A DNA stretch of 64,000 nucleotides from the NCBI GenBank assembly GCA_965240325.2, contig OZ251233.1:2046001-2110000 (forward strand), written 5' to 3'. Under the pieces are notes generated by a model. That model saw only the letters and a list, made by a program, of their open reading frames with translations. It was not told the origin of the DNA and did not search any database. Numbering within the stretch: the stretch's first letter is position 1; the number at the start of each line of letters is the position of its first letter. Of this stretch, positions 56,951 to 64,000 are shown piece by piece. The translations under genes and the position numbers were made by a program. The stretch comes from Rebecca billardiae RCC1528 (Eukaryota; Protista; Haptophyta).

Positions 56951-59191
56951 ATGACCGTCGTCGCGGCCGCTTCGGCACTCGACGCGGAGCTGCGCGCGCT
57001 GTGTCTCAGCGTTCGGGAGGACTGGCTCTCAGCGTGCGCATCCGACGCCGCCGCGCCGCCGCCGCCGGAGCTCACCGCGTACGCGGTCGGCCAGGTGCTG
57101 GCGTCCGACCTGCGCGGAGTCGCAGCGGCGCCTGCGCTGCCTGCTGGCATCGACGCCCTCGAGAAGGGCCGGCTGCCCGGCTCGTTCGTGCTGCAGGTGG
57201 ACGAGCAGGTGGACGTGTCCCGGCGCAAGGAGGACCGTGGCGTCGAGCGAGCGGGCGCGCGCGTGCTCAAGCTGCGGCTGACCGATGGCTTCCAAGCCGC
57301 GAGCGCCATGGAGTACGAGCGGCTGCCCGACCTCGCGACGACGGCCGAGGCTGGGACCAAGCTGGTCGTGCGCGATCCGGTCGTGCGCCACGGCATGCTC
57401 CTCCTCAGCCCGGAGAACACGCGCGTGCTGGGAGGATCGTCCGCCGCGGTCGAGGAGCTGCGACGCGCGTCGACCGCGCCGCCTGGTGCTGAGCCAGCGG
57501 CGGGCTCGGCCGCGCGGCGGGCGGCGCAGCCCACGGGTGCCCCGACGGCCTTGGGCGTCGCTGGGCCCGGGGCACCCGGCCACACCGCGAACGGCGCCGC
57601 TGGCGCCGCGATCGGCACGTCCCGCGCGCTCACGTGCCACGGGGGCTGTGGCACAAGCGCTGGGTCTGCCGCTGGCCCCCTGGCAGCTCCGCCCTCGCGC
57701 CACCCAGCACAGGCCGTGCCGGCGGCGGCAGCGGGCGTCGGCGTCGTGGGCGAGCGCGGCGCGCAGCCCCACTCGGCGCAGGCGCGTGGCATGGGGTCTG
57801 TGCCCGCGGCGGGCGGTGGGAGCTGCTCGCGGCCGCCCGAAGCAGCGCGCTTGGCCGCTCCGCCGGCTCAGCTTGTGCCGACCGCTGCATGCGCGAGCGG
57901 CCACCCGCCAGCCCACAGGCCGTCGCCGCAAGCGGCGCAGGCAGTGCCGCCGAGCGGCGGCGTCCAGCTCGGCGCCGCGCCAGGGCCGCGCGTGCACCTC
58001 AAGCGCGTGTGGGTCTGCCCCGTGTGCAACGCCACAGACAACCGCGAGGAGCAGCAGGCGTGCGCGTTCTGTGAGTGCGAGCGGCCGGCGGCACCCGCGT
58101 GGCGGCAGCTGCGGATCGCCGGCGCGAGCGCTCCCGACTCAGAGCGGCACGCGCAGCCACCGGCGGCGCCGGCGCAGCAGGCGCAGCTCGTCGGCGCGCG
58201 CGGTCATCCGCCGCCAGCGCAGTACCCACCAGGCGAAGCGCGCGCGCTCGGTGGGCCGGGGAGCGGCGGAGGCCCGGGCGCGGGAGCCGCCGTGCGAGCT
58301 GCAGCTGCGCCGTGGCCTCCGTGCGCCTCGGCTCAGCTGCCGCCGAGAACGGAGGGAGGAGAGCAGCGAGGGCTCGCGGGCGCGATCGCCGCGCCGGCAC
58401 ACGAGCGCGCTGCCGGCACGCACCGCGACTCTGGCGTGCCCGAGCAGCACGGTCCTGTGCAGCCTGCCGTGCTCAGCGACGCTGCCGGCGGCGCGGCCGG
58501 TGACCCTGACGCGCAGGGCAAGGCCCCACGCCGGAAGCTCTCGCTGGCGCGCAAGCGACAGGCCACGGAGCAGCTTGGCGCGCAAGGCGAGCCGCCACCG
58601 AGCGTCGCTGCGCCGAGCGAGCCGACGGCGCCGCCGCAAGCGTCCGCGGAGCTGAGCACGCCTCAGGAGCTCGTCGACGCGCGAGGCCCGGCGGTGGCTG
58701 GCGCCGAGCCGGCCGCCACCTCCGCAGGCGCGCGCGCGCTCGAGCTGCGCGAGATCCGCTGGGACGAGGCCCGCCCAGGCGACAGGTACACGGTGCGCGT
58801 CGGGGAATGCCGGGTGGAGGCGTTCGGCTTCGAGCCGCTGTGGGACGCGGCACGCCCCGACGGGGAGCCCTCGTGGGAATACGCGGTGCGCTGCACCATC
58901 GTGAGCGCGCCCGCGGGCGACGCAGCCACCGCGCTTGTGCCCGTGGTCAGCCTGCCGGCTTTGCTCGCGCCCGACCTCGTCCGAGATCTCGTGCACGGCC
59001 GGAGCGCAGCCGAGCTACTCGCACAGAGCCACAGCACGGGGGACGACGCGAAGGTGGCGCGCAAGCTGATGCGCAAGTGCACGCGCGCAATGGAGGGAGC
59101 GACGTGCGTCATCGAGGTGCGCGCCGGGCCCCAGCTGCACGTGCTCACGTACGAGGCCGCCCGCCGGCAGACTACGTACGAGCATAGCTGA
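56951..59191 (+). CDS. RMI1: RecQ-mediated genome instability protein 1-like (N-terminal OB fold) with RanBP2-type zinc finger
   Basis: VLQVDEQVDVS, RVLKLRLTDG, AMEY, GTKLVV, GMLLLSPENTRVLGG; WVCPVCNATDN...CAFCECERP. TDRD3 shares this OB fold, so orthology is not proven. Confidence 0.75.
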   Translation: MTVVAAASALDAELRALCLSVREDWLSACASDAAAPPPPELTAYAVGQVLASDLRGVAAAPALPAGIDALEKGRLPGSFVLQVDEQVDVSRRKEDRGVERAGARVLKLRLTDGFQAASAMEYERLPDLATTAEAGTKLVVRDPVVRHGMLLLSPENTRVLGGSSAAVEELRRASTAPPGAEPAAGSAARRAAQPTGAPTALGVAGPGAPGHTANGAAGAAIGTSRALTCHGGCGTSAGSAAGPLAAPPSRHPAQAVPAAAAGVGVVGERGAQPHSAQARGMGSVPAAGGGSCSRPPEAARLAAPPAQLVPTAACASGHPPAHRPSPQAAQAVPPSGGVQLGAAPGPRVHLKRVWVCPVCNATDNREEQQACAFCECERPAAPAWRQLRIAGASAPDSERHAQPPAAPAQQAQLVGARGHPPPAQYPPGEARALGGPGSGGGPGAGAAVRAAAAPWPPCASAQLPPRTEGGEQRGLAGAIAAPAHERAAGTHRDSGVPEQHGPVQPAVLSDAAGGAAGDPDAQGKAPRRKLSLARKRQATEQLGAQGEPPPSVAAPSEPTAPPQASAELSTPQELVDARGPAVAGAEPAATSAGARALELREIRWDEARPGDRYTVRVGECRVEAFGFEPLWDAARPDGEPSWEYAVRCTIVSAPAGDAATALVPVVSLPALLAPDLVRDLVHGRSAAELLAQSHSTGDDAKVARKLMRKCTRAMEGATCVIEVRAGPQLHVLTYEAARRQTTYEHS

Positions 59192-59849
59192 TCAGCCGGG
59201 CAATAAATATAGCGCGCGTTATTAGCGCAGCATGCGCAGTAGTATAGCGTATACGAGTATATAATATATATATACATATATATATATATGTATGCACATA
59301 TATATATATATATATATATATAGTTGATGCGCGCCTCATCGTCAGCTGCTGATTTAAATCGGACGACGTCGGAGTCTAATGACGATGATGTCACTCGACA
59401 AGTGTCAAGTCACTCGTCAGCGTACACAGTCTGATGAGTCGAGTGCGTGCTGACGATGATGAGATATGCGATGATCGACGCGATGACGACGACGTCGACG
59501 GTCACTCACGACGCGAGTAACGCCGCGCCGTAACGGCGTAGTATAGTCAGTAGCGCAGTCTGCTGATGATATACGCGGACTAGTCTCTGACGGTCATCAC
59601 TGAATGAATTCATCACTCACTCAGTCTGGCGCCGTCAAGTCCGTGAGTCATCAGTGTCATCCGAGAATGTCATCTCGCCTCTCGGCGCACGCCGTCAGCG
59701 CACGCAGCTACAGACGTATACTACGCACGGATGCATCATCAGCGCCGTCGCCTATACGCGCGCGTAACGCGCGCAGCTAGTGCTGCTGACTGCGGATGAT
59801 GTCGTCATCATGGATGAGTGGATGACGATCGATGATGTGCGCGGATGAA

Positions 59850-61016
59850 TCAGACCCCGCCACAAAGCGCCGGGTCGGTGAACTCCGTCACAGTGACGCC
59901 CTCCGAGCCCTCTTTCGCGCACAGCGCGGCAATCGCGCCGACATCGGCCTTGGTGTACGCAGAGAAGATGCGCACGAGGTACTCGCCGATGCGCTCGAAC
60001 CCGACCTCCTTGGGGAGATCCTGGGGCAGGTCCAGGAGCACCTCGTCGATGACGTGCGGCGCGCCGTGGTTGAGGCCGTCGAAGAGCACGTACCCCTTGG
60101 GGCTGCTCAGCCGGCCGAACAGCAGCGGCGCATCCACGGCCGTCGAGGTCTGCGGGAAGCCGTCCTTCGCGCCCTGCAGCATGATCACCGGGGTCTTCAC
60201 GTCGAGCAGCGGCGTCGTGAGCGTGGGCAGCGAGAGCGGCGGCAGGCCCACCGCCGTGCTCGGGTCGAGCTCCTCAGGGTACGACGAGCCGTACCCGACA
60301 ACCGCCTTGATCGGGTCGGTGACTGCAAAGTCAAAGCTCTGCATCAGCGTGACGTCCGAGAAGGCCGGGTTGCCACCGATGAAGTTCAGGACGGCATTCG
60401 TGTCGGGGAGCGCGGCGAGGCCCGACGCCTCACCGCACATGGGCCAGAAGCAGTTGCCTGACACCGTGTTCATGGCAGCGATGGCCGCGCCCCCGCCCCA
60501 CGAGTGGCCGAAGACCACGATGTTGGCGGCGTCAACCTTGCCGTAGAGTGGCGACGACGAGTCAGCCGCGAGCTGCTTGGCGGTGGCGATCGCGTCATTG
60601 ATGACGGAGGGCTCGACGGCCCCACGCTCTCCGTACAGCGGTGACGTAGGCGGGAGGCCGGACGGGAACTGCTGCGTGTGCGTCGGCGCAACGACGACAA
60701 AACCGCTCGCGGCGATGAGCGTGAAGAGAGGCGTGTAGATGGCCGGGACGCCATCAAGGCCGTGGAGCGCGACGACGAGGGGGAAGCGGCCCTCCACCGT
60801 CGGGTAGTGCACAGCGGCGCCCGGCGATCCCCCAGCCGTAGTGGTCACAAGGGACTCGGGCGGCGTCGGCGGCGCCGGTGTCGGCGTGGGCGTCGGCACG
60901 GGTGTCGGCGTTGGTGCCTTGTCGAACGAGCCGAACAGGAGAGAGCGCATCGCGCCATCGTCGGCCCGCGCGATGGCCGCCCCCAGCAGGAGCGCGAGGC
61001 CGCGGCAGGTGAGCAT
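59850..61016 (-). CDS. Secreted alpha/beta hydrolase (chlorophyllase/cutinase-like)
   Basis: Signal peptide, PT linker, FPLVVALHG, IAASGFVVVAP, nucleophile GHSWGGG, candidate Asp GAKDG and His GLNHG. Confidence 0.85.
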   Translation of the reverse strand: MLTCRGLALLLGAAIARADDGAMRSLLFGSFDKAPTPTPVPTPTPTPAPPTPPESLVTTTAGGSPGAAVHYPTVEGRFPLVVALHGLDGVPAIYTPLFTLIAASGFVVVAPTHTQQFPSGLPPTSPLYGERGAVEPSVINDAIATAKQLAADSSSPLYGKVDAANIVVFGHSWGGGAAIAAMNTVSGNCFWPMCGEASGLAALPDTNAVLNFIGGNPAFSDVTLMQSFDFAVTDPIKAVVGYGSSYPEELDPSTAVGLPPLSLPTLTTPLLDVKTPVIMLQGAKDGFPQTSTAVDAPLLFGRLSSPKGYVLFDGLNHGAPHVIDEVLLDLPQDLPKEVGFERIGEYLVRIFSAYTKADVGAIAALCAKEGSEGVTVTEFTDPALCGGV

Positions 61017-61469
61017 GGTTCAGCAGGCTCGCCTCTCGTAACTTCTCCGCGCCGCAAGTGACGCCGACGAACTGACGAAAGGCTATGGGGTTTACGGGGT
61101 TTACGGGGGTACGATGAAATGCTACGTTACGGGTAACATCATCATCAATTCACTAATTCGCTTGAGCGCGCGGTCCACCGGGTTTGCCAAAAACATAGCG
61201 TCTGGACAAGAACGTAACGTCAGCGCAAGAACGTAACGTGTTTGCGCTGAATTGAGCCGTTTTCATCGCGTTGTATTCACTGCTTGGCGTCAGCACAAGA
61301 TATCGTATTTGCAAGGTGCTGATAATTATGAGCATTTTCTAATTCTGAGACTCGGTCTAAGTGACTGTGTACATGATAGTCAGCACGCTAGAGTTACTGA
61401 TGATTAGTTACCGCGCGGTGATGATCATCAGATGATTCTGCGACGGACGGTCTCAGACTCAGTCGTCTG

Positions 61470-63998
61470 TCAGACGAGCACGGCTGCCTTCCCATCCGTC
61501 GTCGATGTCGTCGGCTTCGTTTGACGAGTGCTGCGCAGCTGATGCTGGTGGCAGCGTGACTCTGCAGCCTGCATGATGCGCTGGCGGGCCCAGCTCGCGT
61601 CCCAAGAAGCTGCCCGGGGCGGCACATCGGCGTCGCAGCCGGCGCCATCGTCGCCGAGATGCGCCAGCGTTGGCCACGCGAGGAGTCGGCGTTTGAAGCC
61701 GAGCGCGCTGGCAGCCACGAACCCAGCGAGCGCCGCTGCCGCTGCTGCCACGGCGCACAGGGCAGCCCAGGCGGCCAATCCGCGCGCGCGCGCCGAGCCG
61801 TCCCCCCGCGCCACCGCGCCGGCGTGCGTGGCCGAGGCGGCCGCCGGCGTGCGCATCGCCGCGTGCATCGCGACCAGCTCGTCCGCCGAGACGGGCGGCG
61901 GCGGCGGCGAGGGCGGGATCCAGTGGAAGTGGTGGTGGCGGCGGGTGCGGCGCGAGTGGTGCCGGCCTGCCGCCTCCTCCGCCTCTCGGAAGAACGCGCG
62001 CGCGTCGAAGTCGCCGCCCGCGGCGGCGGCGGCCGCCGCGGCCGCCTCGCTCGGTGGCGGGCTCGGCGACGGCGGCGGCGGGCTCGGCGGGCGGTGCGGC
62101 CGCGGATGGCGCTCGCGCCTGTGCCGATGCCGTCCGGGCGGCGAGGGCGGCGAGGCCGGCGCAGGCGGCGAGGGCGGCTCGAGGGGCGGCGGAGGCGGCG
62201 GGCTCGGCGGAGGCGGCGGGCTCGGCGATGGCGGCGGCGGCGGCGGCGGGCTCGGCGGGTTGTGTGGCCGCCAGCGGCGACCCCAGTGCCGCTCCGAATC
62301 CTCCTCCTCCTCCTCCTCCTCCTCAGCTGCGCTGCTGCCATCCGGGTCGGCAGAAGACGACGGCTCGTCGGCACCGTCGTCGCCGCCGTCGCCGCCGTCG
62401 TCGCGGCGGCTCGCGCGGTGGCGCCTGTGCCGATGGCGGCCAGCCGGTGACGGCGGCGACGGCGGCGAAGCCGGCGGCAGAGGCGGCGCGGGCAGAGGCG
62501 GGGAGGCCGGCGGCGGCGCCAGCGGGCTCGGCGGGCTCGGCGGCTCGGCCGGTGGCGGGCCGGGCGGTGGCGGGCTCGGCGAGGGCGGCGGCGGCATGGG
62601 CGGCTCGTGCGGGTGCGGCTGCCTCGCCCGTCGATGCCGATGGTGGCGCCCCGGCGGCGAGGGCGGCGACGCGGGCGGCACAGGCGGCGGCACCGGCATC
62701 GGCGGCGAGTGCGGTGGGCTGGGCGGCAGTGGCGGGAAGGCGGACACGCTGTGGTGCCGCCGGCTGTGCCCGAGCCGGCTTCGGTGGTGCCGCCTGTGCC
62801 GGGATGGAGGCGGCGGCTGCGAGGGCGGAGACGGCGGCTGCGACGGAGGCGGCGAGAGCGGTGGCGAGAGCGGCGGAGACGAGGGCGGCGGCGGCGGTGG
62901 CGCGAAGGGCGGCGGGTGGTGCGGCGGTGGCGGCGGTGGCGCGAAGGGCGGCGGGTGGTGCGGCGGTGGCGGCGGTGGCGCGGCCGGCGGCGGTGGCGGC
63001 GCCGGCGGTGGCGGCGGCTGGTGCGGCGGCGGCGGCGGCGGGTGAAGGGGGGGCTCGGCGGGCGGCGGCGGCGGCTGCTTGGGCGGCGGCGGCGGCGGCG
63101 GCGTCGGAGGCGGCGGCGGCGGCGAGATGTCCTTCCAGCCACTCCAGGGCGGCGGGGACGGGAACGCGGGCGGTGGCGGCGGAGCCGAGGGCGAGGGCGG
63201 CGGCGGCGGCGGGACCGGCGGCTCCTGCGGCGGCTGAGACGGGCTGGGCGGCGGCGGCCCGAGGGGCGAGGGCGGCGGCGGCGGCGGCGGCGGGTACGGC
63301 GGCGCGGGCGATGGCGGCGGCGGCGCATGCAGCACGGGCGCCGGTGGCTGCGGCGGCGGCGGCCCAGGACTCCCCAGCGCCGTCCCGGCCCCCAGAGCAG
63401 GCGCGGGCGGCTGAGGCGGCGCCGCGGGGCTGCCGTCGGCACCGCCGGCCACAAGCACCCCGCCCAGAGGCCCCGTGCCGCGCAGTGGCCCGCCGCGCAC
63501 GCCGCCGCCGCCGCCGCCGTCGCCGCCGCTCCCGCCGCCGCCCGGCGTATGCATCCCGCCGCCACCCTCCCCGGGCGCGGGCGAGGGCGATGGCGCGCCG
63601 TCGCCCGCCGCGCCCCCGCCCCCCACGCGCCCCGTGACCACCAGCATGGCCGCCACAACCAGGAAGAGGACACCGCAGCAGAGCACGGCCAGCGCGTACA
63701 GAGGCACCCCGCACACGGCCGCGCCCTTGCGCCGCCGGCCGCGCGAGCGCCGGCCGCGCCGCTGCGCGGAGAGCGAGGAGAAGCCCGAGTAGTCGGACGC
63801 CGTGTGGCTGTTGCGACGGGAGCTTGCGCGCGACGAGCGCGCCCCGTCGCGCCGCGCGCTCGGCGAGTGCGCCGCGCCGTCGAACGGGTTGAACTCAGCG
63901 CCGCCGGCCGCGCTGCCGCTCGCCTCCTCGGCGACGATGGCGGAGGGCAGGGGGACGGTGTACGCGCGCGCGCGCGCGCCCGCCGCGGCGGCGTGCTC
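61470..63998 (-). CDS. Proline-rich extensin-like membrane protein (5' end beyond the window)
   Basis: Frame open to the window edge. TM segments VPLYALAVLCCGVLFLVVAAMLVV and LAAWAALCAVAAAAAALAGFVAA flank SPn/PPn tracts. Confidence 0.72.
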   Translation of the reverse strand, partial: EHAAAAGARARAYTVPLPSAIVAEEASGSAAGGAEFNPFDGAAHSPSARRDGARSSRASSRRNSHTASDYSGFSSLSAQRRGRRSRGRRRKGAAVCGVPLYALAVLCCGVLFLVVAAMLVVTGRVGGGGAAGDGAPSPSPAPGEGGGGMHTPGGGGSGGDGGGGGGVRGGPLRGTGPLGGVLVAGGADGSPAAPPQPPAPALGAGTALGSPGPPPPQPPAPVLHAPPPPSPAPPYPPPPPPPPSPLGPPPPSPSQPPQEPPVPPPPPPSPSAPPPPPAFPSPPPWSGWKDISPPPPPPTPPPPPPPKQPPPPPAEPPLHPPPPPPHQPPPPPAPPPPPAAPPPPPPHHPPPFAPPPPPPHHPPPFAPPPPPPSSPPLSPPLSPPPSQPPSPPSQPPPPSRHRRHHRSRLGHSRRHHSVSAFPPLPPSPPHSPPMPVPPPVPPASPPSPPGRHHRHRRARQPHPHEPPMPPPPSPSPPPPGPPPAEPPSPPSPLAPPPASPPLPAPPLPPASPPSPPSPAGRHRHRRHRASRRDDGGDGGDDGADEPSSSADPDGSSAAEEEEEEEEDSERHWGRRWRPHNPPSPPPPPPPSPSPPPPPSPPPPPPLEPPSPPAPASPPSPPGRHRHRRERHPRPHRPPSPPPPSPSPPPSEAAAAAAAAAGGDFDARAFFREAEEAAGRHHSRRTRRHHHFHWIPPSPPPPPVSADELVAMHAAMRTPAAASATHAGAVARGDGSARARGLAAWAALCAVAAAAAALAGFVAASALGFKRRLLAWPTLAHLGDDGAGCDADVPPRAASWDASWARQRIMQAAESRCHQHQLRSTRQTKPTTSTTDGKAAVLV

Positions 63999-64000
63999 GT

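Noticed and set aside
61087-61108. Telomere-like GGGGTTTAC repeats
   Set aside because: Only about 2.5 copies, internal, and not a known telomere unit.

Overview
Eukaryotic nuclear DNA of very high GC content with short GC-rich spliceosomal introns (GTGCGC...GCAG). Composition and gene style suggest a haptophyte alga such as Diacronema/Pavlova; this is inference only. Protein genes: eIF3m, GH1 beta-glucosidase, isochorismatase, Bet1-like SNARE, GH127/146 glycosidase, an Orai-like 4-TM channel, a hybrid histidine kinase, an ankyrin-PKA regulatory subunit fusion, a DUF2306-like membrane protein with a 5-nt micro-exon, sulfotransferase-like genes (one frameshifted), a TM-F-box-cytochrome b5 fusion, F-box-RCC1, two tandem Sel1-repeat-MYND paralogs, an OPR/RAP protein, RMI1, a secreted alpha/beta hydrolase and a proline-rich membrane protein. 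Features the ORF track misses: a minus-strand cluster of three box C/D snoRNAs (U27-like; U79-like with a second guide matching U6; an LSU guide) just upstream of the GH127 gene, and seven non-autonomous terminal-inverted-repeat (TIR) DNA transposons defined from their ends (target-site duplications, TSDs, visible for six), several with gene-like cargo. Best candidates for new biology: (i) the Sel1-MYND pair, with invariant caps and shuffled repeats that vary only at fixed positions; (ii) the membrane-anchored F-box-cyt b5 protein; (iii) the snoRNA cluster with a dual rRNA/U6 guide; (iv) the Orai-like channel with Q at the E106 site; (v) the ankyrin-PKA-R fusion. All family assignments come from motif recognition; no searches were run.
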